The position numbers were made by a program, and so were the translations under genes. This document shows, piece after piece, positions 19,011 to 28,876 of a stretch of 48,620 nucleotides of DNA (position 1 is its first letter; every line of letters begins with the position of its first letter). A model generated the notes under the pieces. The model did not search any database. It was not told the DNA's origin and saw only the letters and a program-made list of their open reading frames with translations. The DNA lies in contig CP060764.1 of NCBI GenBank assembly GCA_023205875.1, positions 682,001 through 730,620 on the forward strand. Reading direction: 5' to 3'. The DNA comes from Chloropicon primus (taxonomy: Eukaryota).

Positions 19011-21233
19011 CTACTCCTTCTTAATTAAAGCTTTGATCAAGTCTTCTGCTGTCTCCTCTTCGAGCTCCTCCGACCTTGCTTTCAAGGATGCCTCCAGATC
19101 ACCCCCGTCCTGCATCGCGTGGCCCTCGTATGGCAGATTCAGGCTACCCATGTCGGACACAACGCACTCGTGGAACTTGGAATTGTACAAGTACCTTACC
19201 AGCAGCCTGTGCCCGTCTTCTTCGTCATCCTTGGCAGCTGGCTCGCAGAACCCCATGAGCTGGTGCTTGCGAATGCCGCTGTGGATGACAAGCTTGTCAT
19301 TCCTGCACATGAACTGCAGGGGGATTACAACATCCAGCCACCTGTATTCTCTGCTGCCCCCTTCTTCCTGTTTGTTTCCCTCTTCCCTGAAGGACTCGAC
19401 GTCTCCGTAAATGGCTTGCACAATCACGAGGCCACCACTGTTGTAGCTCGCCTTTCTCTTCCTCAGGGCTGGACCGACCATCAAGACGCAATCGCTTGCC
19501 GCGATCTGAAAGACCTCGCACAGCTTTTTGTTGCTCTCCTCCGCGTCGCTTTCGTTCTGCATGGCCGCATACCATTTTTGCAAGGGCGAGAAGGCCAATC
19601 GCCCCAGGCCCGCCAGGATAGGGGGCACCGCAAACGTCGCGCAGATGTTAGGCAGTGTGAAAGAGGAGGTCAAGCAGATCGGAATGAAGAAGCGCTGTCC
19701 CAGGTGGTTTGCCCTGAGCCTCCAGAAGAGGCCCCTGTGGCTGATCGCTGCTCCCCACCCAAGATTCAACTGAGTCTTTGGAACCTTCTTGGAAGCCGCG
19801 ACCTCCAGGTCCAAGGCATCCGTCCGGGCCTTGAAGGAAGCCTTCCCAACGAACGTAGCCCTTTTCTTCTTGCCGTCCTCCCCCCTGGTCCCTGGAAGAG
19901 GCAGGGACACCACCCTGGAGGAGTAACCCGAGAAGCCCATGACTTTTCCGGCATGAATATCGAACGAAGAGGCGCTCATCTTTGCCTGTTTGGAGAATGT
20001 CAGGCTCATGCCCGACTCTACCCTCGTGGGGTCGAACCTCCAAGCGAACTCCCCAAAGGTTTTCTCGCCCAGCCTCCTCGTGGAGCAGATCTCCAGCTCC
20101 AGCTCGTGGTCGTACACGCCGCTCTCGTCCCCCACGGGAGTGCTGGTGCAGGCTACCTCCCAGGAAGCCGAGTCGTCCTTGGTGAGCTGCCTGACTGACT
20201 TGACCGAAGAGTGAAACGACGACCGGGTTCCAGGCTCCAGCTGGCACTGGGCGCTGAGCTCCAAGGTGGAAACGGGCGAGACCTCCCGCCTCATCGTGAC
20301 GGACAGGGACCCTTGGGAACTGCTCCCGTTGGAGCCCCTCGAAGGTTGCTTCATGCTCTGGCCAATCTGGCCCCCGAACATCAAGGTGTCCTTATCCGTC
20401 GCTTGCACGGTCACGTTCGAATTCAGGGAGATCACCCCAACCTCCAACAGATCAAGCAGGGAAGCGAGTCCAACGCCCCCTCCCCGGCCCTCGTCCTGGC
20501 TCACGGCCCGGCGCCTCCTGGAAGACGGCGCCAGGCTCATGTGGTACAGCCCCGAGTACCTGACCCTGCCGTATTGCTCTGGCATCCCATTCTTTCTAAT
20601 GTCCCTCAGGATCTCCTCCTTGAGCTTGGTCTTCTCGATCTCTTCCCTCACTTTCCTCAAGGACGAGGGGGCGTTGTCGTCCACCTGGACGATCTCCCTC
20701 CCCGCAGCCAGGCCATCCCCGCCGTACGTATCGTAAATCGCCCGGGCCACCGGATCGGACAGAGTCTCGTACGCAGCCTGGAGCTTCCCGAAGGACGCGG
20801 TCGCTGCTTCGTTCAGCAAGTCCCTCTTTCCCTCCTTGATCTCCCCCTCCTCCTCCTCCTCCTCCTGTTCCTCGTCACCCCATTCCTCCCGTCCCTTTCC
20901 CTTGGCGTCGAGCTCCTTCTTGAGTTGCTCGACCTTATCGGGATGGTAAAACCTCACCAGCCTCCTGTACTGCTGCTTGACTTGCTCCTCCGTGCAGTCG
21001 GGACTCAAATTCAGCTTGGCATAATACCCCAACGTATCGTGTGCAGGGTTTCGTTCTCGTTCTCGTTCTTCTTCCTCTTCCTCCTCTCTCTTCCTTTCCT
21101 CCTCGTCCTGTTTTTTTCCTTTCGTGTTTGTGTTTGCACGATGCCCCCGTGAGTTCCTCTCCTCCTCCTCCTCCTCTTCCTCCTCCTCCTCCTTGTTGTT
21201 GTTGTTGTTGTCCAGGTGCTCCTCCACCGCCAT
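19011..21233 (-). CDS. DNAJC11: DnaJ protein, DNAJC11-like (J domain, beta-rich middle region, DUF3395-like C-terminus)
   Basis: J domain YYAKLNL..HPDK..AYETLSDP..RAIYDTYG; C-terminal GLVIVQAIYG, DVVIPLQF, LMGFCEP and L.VRYLY motifs. Confidence 0.85.
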   Translation of the reverse strand: MAVEEHLDNNNNNKEEEEEEEEEEERNSRGHRANTNTKGKKQDEEERKREEEEEEERERERNPAHDTLGYYAKLNLSPDCTEEQVKQQYRRLVRFYHPDKVEQLKKELDAKGKGREEWGDEEQEEEEEEGEIKEGKRDLLNEAATASFGKLQAAYETLSDPVARAIYDTYGGDGLAAGREIVQVDDNAPSSLRKVREEIEKTKLKEEILRDIRKNGMPEQYGRVRYSGLYHMSLAPSSRRRRAVSQDEGRGGGVGLASLLDLLEVGVISLNSNVTVQATDKDTLMFGGQIGQSMKQPSRGSNGSSSQGSLSVTMRREVSPVSTLELSAQCQLEPGTRSSFHSSVKSVRQLTKDDSASWEVACTSTPVGDESGVYDHELELEICSTRRLGEKTFGEFAWRFDPTRVESGMSLTFSKQAKMSASSFDIHAGKVMGFSGYSSRVVSLPLPGTRGEDGKKKRATFVGKASFKARTDALDLEVAASKKVPKTQLNLGWGAAISHRGLFWRLRANHLGQRFFIPICLTSSFTLPNICATFAVPPILAGLGRLAFSPLQKWYAAMQNESDAEESNKKLCEVFQIAASDCVLMVGPALRKRKASYNSGGLVIVQAIYGDVESFREEGNKQEEGGSREYRWLDVVIPLQFMCRNDKLVIHSGIRKHQLMGFCEPAAKDDEEDGHRLLVRYLYNSKFHECVVSDMGSLNLPYEGHAMQDGGDLEASLKARSEELEEETAEDLIKALIKKE

Positions 21234-21540
21234 CGCGATCGATCGCTCCTCCCGGCGCGCCTTTTCGCCACCAACAACAGAGCAACGGAGCAACGGAGCA
21301 ACGGAGCAACAGACGACGAGGGCGAGGACGAGGACGATGGCTGGGAGGGTGTTGGTGGAGGCACAGACGGGGAGACACTTCAAGGGAGACGCGACGAGGC
21401 ACAAGTAAGCGGTGAGAGAAAGAGGGAGTGAGAGAGAGGACAACAAGCAAGAAACATCGACAGCGTTCATCAGGAACAAGGACGAGAACATCCAGACGAC
21501 TGAGGGAAGGGAAGGGGGGAGCGAGGAGAGGAGGGGAAGG

Positions 21541-23418
21541 ATGAGGGCGAGGGTGTGCGCCGCAACGAGGGCGGCCTGGTGGAAGGAGGGGAGGGGCTGG
21601 AAGAACGCAGGGAGGAGGCAGGGGAGGCAGGGGACCGAGGCAAAGAGGGCGAGGACCAGGAGGGAGGAAGGGAGGACGGGGCGGTGGAGAACGTGCTCCC
21701 TCGTCAAGGCGTCCGCGCCCCTGGGCACGAGGGAGGAGGACTCGGAAAGGTTTTCGCCAACCACCTCGTCGTCCCTGGTGAACCTGGCGGGGAGGTCAGT
21801 CGCGGTGGTGGGGCTCGGGTCTTCCGGGCTGTCCGCGGCGAGGTTGGCGTGCCACCGCCAGGCGAAGAGGCTCGTGCTCATGGACAATGCCACCGGGGGT
21901 CCCGGGGAGGAACAGGAGCGAGCGGTGGAGGAGCTGAAGAAGAGCTGCGAGGCGCAAGGGTGTGCTGTGGAGACGCTGTATGGAGCGCACGAGCCCGAAC
22001 ACTTTGAAGGCGTCGACGTCGTGGTGCTCTCCCCGGGCGTCCCGGTGAAGCCCATGGACAGGCTCTTGGCAGGCGTGCGCGCTCCCTCTTCCGAGGCGGG
22101 GGAGGGCGGTCTCCTAGTTGTGTCTGAGCTTGCTTTTGCCATCTGTGAGATCCAGGACCGCTTTGGCATACCAGTCGCGGCCGTGACCGGGACGAACGGG
22201 AAGACCACCGTGACCCACTTTGCGCAGCAAATGCTCGAGAGCCTGGGGAAGAGGTGCGAGTCCTGCGGAAACATCGGGACCCAAACGGTCTCGGAGGTGG
22301 CACTCGGCTTGAGACTGGGGGACGACGAGTTGTCACGATTGGAAGAGGAAGGGGCCGGGCCGCACACCGCCTCGGGGAACGGCGCGAGATCCAAGAGCGG
22401 CAACGGTTCAAGCGAGAACCGGGCGGCTTCGGAGCTCAACTCGCACCCAGGTCTGGACTGCTTGGTGGTCGAGGTGTCTTCCTACCAGCTCGAGATTCCC
22501 ACCGACCACTTCCACCCGAGGGTGGCCGCGGTGCTGAACCTGAGTCAGGACCACATGGAGAGGCACGGGGGCATGGTGGCCTACGCCATGGCAAAGGCGA
22601 ATGTGTGCGCCAATATGACAGACGAGGACGACCTTCTGATACTGCCGAGCGCGGATGACATCTCTCCCACCTTGGACGAGGCGGTGACCGCAACGAATGC
22701 CGAGTGCAAGAGGGCGAGCGTGGGGAAGCTTCCCGGGGTTTGCGTGTGGACAAACCACAGCGAGAAGACCGGCTTTGCTTCCGTGCAGCTGCCCTGCTGG
22801 TTCGGTCCCAGAGACTTTTCCCTTGGGGACTTTTCAGAGAGGTGCCTTGGCGAGCACAACGCCTGGAACGCTGGGGTGGCCTTGCTCCTCTGTTTTGGCC
22901 TGGGTTTCGACTGGCCCAAGATCAAAGTCGAGGAGGCACTTGGCACCCTGAAGACTCCTCCTCACAGGATGGAGGTTGTTGGCACAACCTCGGGCGGGGT
23001 GACCTTTGTGAACGACTCCAAGGCCACGAACATCGACTCCACCAGGGTGGCCCTCGCTGCTCTGCAGAGGAAGGGCGACAAAGTCATCCTTTTGCTGGGT
23101 GGGCAGGGCAAGGTGAAACCCGATGGATCTCTTGGGTTCGCAGACCTCCTCCAGCAGAACAGGGACGGAGGGGCAAGAAAGGACGTGGTCATCACGTTCG
23201 GTGCGAGCGGGAACCAGATAGCAGAGGAGCTGGCGAGCGTGCCCAGTGTCCACGTGCATAACGTGAAGACGCTCGCGGAGGCCACTGCTCTTTCTGTCCA
23301 GCTTTCGACCCCAGGATCTTTTGTCCTACTGAGCCCTGCCTGCGCAAGCTTTGACGAGTTCAAAAACTTTGAAGAAAGGGGCGAGTGGTTCACGAGTTAC
23401 GCGAGGAGCATCATGTGA
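21541..23418 (+). CDS. murD: UDP-N-acetylmuramoyl-L-alanine--D-glutamate ligase, probably plastid-targeted
   Basis: Motifs VVGLGSSG, SPGVP, AVTGTNGKTT, GNIG, EVSSYQL, NLSQDHMERH, NDSKATN and LSPACASFDEFKNFEERG; Arg-rich N-terminal extension. Confidence 0.95.
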   Translation: MRARVCAATRAAWWKEGRGWKNAGRRQGRQGTEAKRARTRREEGRTGRWRTCSLVKASAPLGTREEDSERFSPTTSSSLVNLAGRSVAVVGLGSSGLSAARLACHRQAKRLVLMDNATGGPGEEQERAVEELKKSCEAQGCAVETLYGAHEPEHFEGVDVVVLSPGVPVKPMDRLLAGVRAPSSEAGEGGLLVVSELAFAICEIQDRFGIPVAAVTGTNGKTTVTHFAQQMLESLGKRCESCGNIGTQTVSEVALGLRLGDDELSRLEEEGAGPHTASGNGARSKSGNGSSENRAASELNSHPGLDCLVVEVSSYQLEIPTDHFHPRVAAVLNLSQDHMERHGGMVAYAMAKANVCANMTDEDDLLILPSADDISPTLDEAVTATNAECKRASVGKLPGVCVWTNHSEKTGFASVQLPCWFGPRDFSLGDFSERCLGEHNAWNAGVALLLCFGLGFDWPKIKVEEALGTLKTPPHRMEVVGTTSGGVTFVNDSKATNIDSTRVALAALQRKGDKVILLLGGQGKVKPDGSLGFADLLQQNRDGGARKDVVITFGASGNQIAEELASVPSVHVHNVKTLAEATALSVQLSTPGSFVLLSPACASFDEFKNFEERGEWFTSYARSIM

Positions 23419-23549
23419 ACAAAATGTGAAGTATTTTTGTATTATAAAAACGCATACAGGTATTATGGTACAAGGGCGGCTACCCCCCGGGTCCTCCTCC
23501 TCCTTTTGTACACATCCAAGGTCCTCTCTCTCCCCTCCTCGGACCCTCT

Positions 23550-24269
23550 TCAGTAGGTATTCATCCCAAACTTCTCCCTGAGTATGCGAGACGTGAGCTT
23601 CTCGAACACGTCCATGACTCTCGAGCCTGTGGAGGCAGAAACTTCAAAGTATTCGAAGCCATTTTCATCCGCCCACATCCTGGCTTCCTCCTCGCTCACC
23701 ACGCGCGAGGGCATCTCGATCTTGTTGGCCACCACGAATATCTCCGGGCTCTTGGCTCCAAAGGTACAGCTCTCGTCGACCCAAGCGTTGAGCGCCTCGA
23801 ACGACTTGCGGTTGGTCACGTCGAAGACCAAGATACCGCCTTGCGTGTCCTTGTAGAACTCGTTCCTCACGCTGAGGAATTCAGGACCTCCCGCGAGGTC
23901 GAACAGGTTTATCCTCACCTCCGCTGCACCGAACCGAACGCTCTTGACCCCGTAGTCCACCCCTATCGTCCCGAAGTACTTGTTGCTGAACCTGCCCTCG
24001 CAGAACCGCTTTATGATACACGACTTGCCCACGCCGGTATCCCCCATACTGATGAGCTTGACCTTGGTGACGTCCTTCTTCCTGGTCTTCACGCTCAGTT
24101 GTTGCATCTTCAGCTGTTGCGACAGCTGGTTCCCTATCTCGTCCATACTTTTTGTCCTGACCTTGGTCACAGTATCCTCCGCGACTTTTCGGAAGCCTCC
24201 CCCCGGTCCATTTCCATTTCCTTTGGTGTACGTCGGGAGGGACAACCGCCTCGAGCGTTGGTCGAACAT
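23550..24269 (-). CDS. RJL: RJL-family Rab-like small GTPase (DNAJC27-like GTPase domain without a J domain)
   Basis: Motifs KLISMGDTGVGKSCIIKRFCEGRF, TIGVDYGVK, DLAGGPEFLSVRNEFYKDTQG and NKIE; no C-terminal prenylation Cys. Confidence 0.85.
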   Translation of the reverse strand: MFDQRSRRLSLPTYTKGNGNGPGGGFRKVAEDTVTKVRTKSMDEIGNQLSQQLKMQQLSVKTRKKDVTKVKLISMGDTGVGKSCIIKRFCEGRFSNKYFGTIGVDYGVKSVRFGAAEVRINLFDLAGGPEFLSVRNEFYKDTQGGILVFDVTNRKSFEALNAWVDESCTFGAKSPEIFVVANKIEMPSRVVSEEEARMWADENGFEYFEVSASTGSRVMDVFEKLTSRILREKFGMNTY

Positions 24270-24449
24270 CCCGCCTCCCCCTCTCTCCCCTCTCTCCCCT
24301 TCCTCGCTTCCTTAGTCCTTGTCCTGGTCGCGACCGAACAAGGTCTCCTCGTGTCTCTCCCTCTCTGAAAAGACAAAGACAATTGTCTTAACGTTTAACC
24401 CAGATTAGGTGTACACATACAGTACACTAACAAATACAGGATCCTGAGG

Positions 24450-24461
24450 TTTGGCGCCAAA
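24450..24461. promoter_or_regulatory. Palindromic E2F-type site TTTGGCGCCAAA in the RJL/GCP2 divergent promoter
   Basis: Matches the E2F consensus TTTSSCGC on both strands, about 150 nt upstream of the GCP2 ATG. Confidence 0.55.
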
Positions 24462-24609
24462 ACCAGTTTGATCCCGAGGAGAGAGAGAGAGAGAGAGAGA
24501 GAGGGCGATCGATCGCGGCGATCAACCGAGGACGAGGACGAGGAGAGTGGCCGGAGAGGGGGAGGGAGAGGTTGTTCTTGGGGGGAAGGCGGTCCTGGAA
24601 GAAGCGGTT

Positions 24610-27318
24610 ATGACGTCGACGTCGGGGAAGGCGGTGGGTTTGCTGCCGAGCAGGACTTTAGGGGGAGGGCAAGCGACGGGGAGGACGTACGACAGGTCGA
24701 GCGGGGAGACGCAGGCGGAGCTCCTCAGGCTTGTCAAGAGATTGAACAGGGTCATGGGGCTGCCTCCGGGGAGGGCGACTGACGGGGTCGCGACGGCGTC
24801 CGCACAGATGCTCTCCAAGATGGTGTCCCGCTACGAAGTGACTCGCGTCTCGATACAGCAAACGCAGCGGACGATAGAGCAGCACTCCCAGGACTACGAG
24901 ACGTTCTTCGGGGCGTACTCCCAGCTCAAGGAGGACTTGAAGGAAGCCAACTCGCAGGCCGCGGCGGGACACCTGGACAGGTACCTCACCGTGGTCGCCC
25001 GCGTGCTCGGGGACAAGGACCTGAGAGAGATGCTCACCACGACGGCGAGTGCGCCGGGTGGCAGCAAGAGTGGGGCCGGGGCGACGTCGGTGGCGGCGAA
25101 GCTGGCTTCGATGAGAGACCTCGGCAAGGAGAACAGCAGGGTGCCTCCCCCGTCCGCCTCGCCGTACAAGGGGGGCCAGCAGAGCTACAGCAGCAGGCGG
25201 CCCGAACTCAACCCCCCCGTCGAGAGTGTCGGGACTCTGGCCGACACCTCGGGCTTTGCGGTGAGGAGCCCTTACAGGGAAAACGTCGCGAACCGCGAGC
25301 AGAAGCTCCATGTGGGTGAGATATCGGGGTCTTTCAAGTCTCCCTCGAGGAAGAAGCTGTCTTTCAGGGAAACCCCCGCCGAGGCGGCAGGGGGGACTCC
25401 AGGAGAAGAGGCGCGCGGCGATGACAAGGCGTTCGAGGACTCGAGGTACCTCCTTCGAACGGCGGCGGGGCAGCAAGTGGAGTCGAGCAGCAGGAGACAG
25501 GGCCAGTACCTCCACCTCGGGCGCGGCGAAGAGGGGAGCGGCAGCCCGCAGCTGCCTCAGTGGGCCCTTTCCCACCCCGTGATCTACTCCGGCCAGGGGG
25601 TGGGCTCCCTGCTGGTGGACGAGGGCCAGACCTCCAACGTCGATATCCACCCGGAGCACGCCACCCTGGAGCCGGAACTGCAGGAGCTCATGCTCATTGA
25701 CGATCTGCTTTACGTGTTTTTGGGGTCCAAGGGGAAGCTGATCTACCCGAGGTACACGAACGAGAACGAGAGGATCGACTTTGTGATCGACCCTTCTCTG
25801 GATTACTCGCTGAGGATGCTGGCGGAGAAGTTCCTTCCGATCTGCCTCTCCCTCCAAGTCCTCCAGGTGTACATCGAGACCAGGTTTGACTACAAGTTCG
25901 GGTTGGTGAACCATGCGTTGGCGGCTATGGTCAAGGAGCTCGTCTGGGAGTGGAGGCTTCTCGTGTCCCAGATGGAGTCGATCTTGCAGGACGGCAAACT
26001 CTCTCTCCACTCAATGTGGTACTACTGCCAGCCCAGTGTTGGAATGCTGAAGACGGTCAGTGACATGCTGACAAAAATCATAAACGAGGACCTGCGCGGG
26101 GCAGAGGTCCTCAACGCGATTCACGACACCCTTCAGAACAACAAGGGCGACCAGAGCAGGCACCAAGTCGTCCTGTCCCTGATGAAGGGCGCGTGCAAGC
26201 CGTACTTGAAAATGTTGAGGAGCTGGCTTTACGAGGGCAAGGTTGAGGACCCTTACAACGAGTTTTGCATCGTCAAGCACCAGGACATTGAGAAGGAGAG
26301 CTTGGCAGAGAACATCATGTCCACGTACTGGCAGCAATGTTACTCCCTGAGGGAGAGCGTCCCCCACTTCCTCCAGGGCTACACGAACAAGGTTTTGAGG
26401 ACCGGCAAGTACTTGAATGTCGTGAAGGAGTGCCAGAGTGCCAGTAGCGTGGTCGGCGAGGCGACCTCTCACCCTGCGGACATCATATACGAACCAAACA
26501 ACAGGAACCTGCTTGCCACTCTTGAGCGGGCTTACAACGTTGCCAGCCAGTCCCTTCTGTCCTTCCTGCACGAGAAGGTCGACATCGTGGGCAGGCTGAG
26601 GTCGATCAAGAGGTACTTTCTTTTGGATCAAGGGGACTTCCTGTTGCACTTCATTGACAGCGCTGGGGATGAGCTTGAGAAGGACATCAGCCAGGTCAGC
26701 GTGAGGAGGCTCCAGTCTCTCTTTGAGCTCGCGGTGAAGATGTCCTCATCGGCCACGGACCCTTACAACGAAGACGCTTTCTGTAACGTCAGCACCTCGA
26801 ATGCGACGGACACCCTCTCCAATTTCTTCAAGGGCACGGAGAAAGGAAGGAGGAGTTTGAGTGCCCTGGAGAGGCTGGGCCTGGAGACCAGCTCCATCGA
26901 CAAGAAGGACGGGGCTCACCTCTTCAGGATGGACTACAAGGTGTCTTGGCCATTTTCTCTGCTTGTGACAAGGAAGACCCTGATGAAGTACCAGCTCATC
27001 TTCAGCCACTTGTTCCAGTTCAAGTTCTTGGAGAGGAAGCTGGCCATGGCTTGGCAGGACCAGCAATTGTTGCGAAGGCAAAGGCTGGATGGGACGGAGG
27101 GGTCCTTGAAGGAGAGCCTCATGTGCAAAGAGATGCTTCACTTCGTCAACAACTACCTGAGTTATCTGACCTTCGAGACCATCGAGCCAAAGTGGCAGCA
27201 GTTGGAGGAAAAGCTGCTGCGGGCCACAAACCTCGACGAATGCATCGAATCCCACGAGGCCTTCCTCGATCAAGTCATACAAAGCTCGGAGACTTATCTG
27301 CAAGCAAATTCCGCTTGA
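24610..27318 (+). CDS. GCP2: Gamma-tubulin complex component 2 (Spc97-like)
   Basis: Motifs QELMLIDDLLYVFLG, FGLVNHALAA, WLYEGKVEDPYNEF, LRTGKYLNV, LRSIKRYFLLDQGDF, YKVSWPFSL and IEPKW. Confidence 0.9.
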   Translation: MTSTSGKAVGLLPSRTLGGGQATGRTYDRSSGETQAELLRLVKRLNRVMGLPPGRATDGVATASAQMLSKMVSRYEVTRVSIQQTQRTIEQHSQDYETFFGAYSQLKEDLKEANSQAAAGHLDRYLTVVARVLGDKDLREMLTTTASAPGGSKSGAGATSVAAKLASMRDLGKENSRVPPPSASPYKGGQQSYSSRRPELNPPVESVGTLADTSGFAVRSPYRENVANREQKLHVGEISGSFKSPSRKKLSFRETPAEAAGGTPGEEARGDDKAFEDSRYLLRTAAGQQVESSSRRQGQYLHLGRGEEGSGSPQLPQWALSHPVIYSGQGVGSLLVDEGQTSNVDIHPEHATLEPELQELMLIDDLLYVFLGSKGKLIYPRYTNENERIDFVIDPSLDYSLRMLAEKFLPICLSLQVLQVYIETRFDYKFGLVNHALAAMVKELVWEWRLLVSQMESILQDGKLSLHSMWYYCQPSVGMLKTVSDMLTKIINEDLRGAEVLNAIHDTLQNNKGDQSRHQVVLSLMKGACKPYLKMLRSWLYEGKVEDPYNEFCIVKHQDIEKESLAENIMSTYWQQCYSLRESVPHFLQGYTNKVLRTGKYLNVVKECQSASSVVGEATSHPADIIYEPNNRNLLATLERAYNVASQSLLSFLHEKVDIVGRLRSIKRYFLLDQGDFLLHFIDSAGDELEKDISQVSVRRLQSLFELAVKMSSSATDPYNEDAFCNVSTSNATDTLSNFFKGTEKGRRSLSALERLGLETSSIDKKDGAHLFRMDYKVSWPFSLLVTRKTLMKYQLIFSHLFQFKFLERKLAMAWQDQQLLRRQRLDGTEGSLKESLMCKEMLHFVNNYLSYLTFETIEPKWQQLEEKLLRATNLDECIESHEAFLDQVIQSSETYLQANSA

Positions 27319-27438
27319 GTCGACACAAGAAGAAAACCACTTTTTTGTACAATACAATAGTAAAGAGGTTACTTGCATCCTCTTTGCGCTTAATATAATA
27401 TCGAAGTCTTTTCCCTCGCGTTCCCTTCCTCTTTCCCT

Positions 27439-28536
27439 CTACCGCTTTGGCGGGACAGCGGGACTGATTTTGACCTGCCTTCCATCCCAGTACTCCCCGT
27501 TGAGCTGCAGGGCCTTGTCCATGCATTCGTCCGTCGCAAAGTGCAAGTGCGCGAATCCCCTGAAGTTCCCTTCCTTGTCCGCTCCCATCCGCAAGAACTT
27601 TATTTTGCACCCAACTCCGCTGAACCACTCCCTCACCTCTTCTTCCCTGCATTGCCAGGGCAAGTTGCCCACGTAAACTCTGTTGTACCCCTTCACTCGC
27701 TCGATGGGAAGCTGGGCACCCCCGTTCTTCTTTCCGGCCCCGTTGCTGTTTCCTCCCCCGCTCACGTACTTGCGCACCACGAGATACCTCTCGTCGTCGT
27801 AGAAGGCGTGCCCGCTCGCAGCCAGAGCCTTCTTCGCGGACCGGCCCGAATCAAAGGTCACGAAAGCGATCCCGTTGAAGCGCCCGCTGTCGTTGAAGGT
27901 GAGCTTGTCTATGCGCTCCACCTGGCCGTACTCCGAAAAGTACTGCTCTATCTCCACATCAGTCACCTCGTAGGGGAGTCCGCCCACGTAGATCGTCCTC
28001 GAGTCCTGCGCGGCCGCGGCCGCCCCGCCGTCCTCCTCCTCCTGGCCTCCCCCCTCCGCCCCTTGGCCCGCCCCCTGGACCTCGAAGCCAAAGGTGAAGG
28101 TGGTGTTCTGCTTCATGGCCGCCCTGGCGTGGGCCGCGATCTCTTTCCCCGTCCACTCCTTGGATTCCTTGTCCACGTCCTTCACGGCGGTCTCCTCACC
28201 CACCTTCTGCTTCTTGTTCCCGTTCGCCTCATCCTCCTCGCCTTGGTTCGCTGCCTCCAGGTCACTCTCCGCAGGCCTCTTGGCGTCCCCTTCCTTTTTC
28301 TTGTCCTTGTCCTTGTCCTTGTCCTTCTTCTTCTTCTTCTTCTTTGCCGGGGCTTCGTCTCTGTCTCCGGCAGCCTCCTTGTCCATCATCGCCTTTGTTT
28401 CCTTGATGGTTTCCTCCACCACATCCCTTTCCTCCTCCTTCTCGTTCTGGTTCTGTTTGTCCGTCCTGGTGGCATGGTCATACAACACCCCTTCCTTGGG
28501 CTCCCGCCTCCCCTTGAAAAGAGAACCAAACCCCAT
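27439..28536 (-). CDS. Two-RRM nucleolar-type RNA-binding protein (gar2/NSR1/PHIP1-like)
   Basis: RNP2/RNP1 pairs IYVGGLPY / FNGIAFVTF and VYVGNLPW / FRGFAHLHF; Lys/Asp-rich N-terminus. Start uncertain. Confidence 0.85.
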   Translation of the reverse strand: MGFGSLFKGRREPKEGVLYDHATRTDKQNQNEKEEERDVVEETIKETKAMMDKEAAGDRDEAPAKKKKKKKDKDKDKDKKKEGDAKRPAESDLEAANQGEEDEANGNKKQKVGEETAVKDVDKESKEWTGKEIAAHARAAMKQNTTFTFGFEVQGAGQGAEGGGQEEEDGGAAAAAQDSRTIYVGGLPYEVTDVEIEQYFSEYGQVERIDKLTFNDSGRFNGIAFVTFDSGRSAKKALAASGHAFYDDERYLVVRKYVSGGGNSNGAGKKNGGAQLPIERVKGYNRVYVGNLPWQCREEEVREWFSGVGCKIKFLRMGADKEGNFRGFAHLHFATDECMDKALQLNGEYWDGRQVKISPAVPPKR

Positions 28537-28876
28537 CACAACAAACCAACCTCGCCACTCGTCCTCCTCGTCCTCCTCGTCGTCCTCGTCGTCGTCGTCG
28601 TCGTGGTTGTGTTGTGCCGAGGGGGTCGCCGCCTGGTGGGCTCTTGTGCTGGGCGTCGCTCGGAGCGGCGGAGGGGACACGGCGTACGAGGACGAGGAGG
28701 AGGAGGAGACATCAAGCGGCGCAGGAGAGGAGGAGAAAGAGGCAAAGGGAGGGACGAGGAACAGGCGATTGTAGTGCAGTGTAGTGTAGTGTAGTGGAAG
28801 TGGAAGTGGCTCGAGGCGGAGTGGAGTGGATTGAGAATCATTCATTCATGGGAAGAAGACGACGAGGAGGAGGAGG

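Noticed and set aside
21234..22439. Apparent 1142-aa DnaJ ORF overlapping murD; similar upstream extensions of torsin (to 7368) and GT29 (from 16774)
   Set aside because: The extensions run through stop-poor microsatellite DNA or the antisense of the neighbouring gene. The downstream ATGs give normal proteins.
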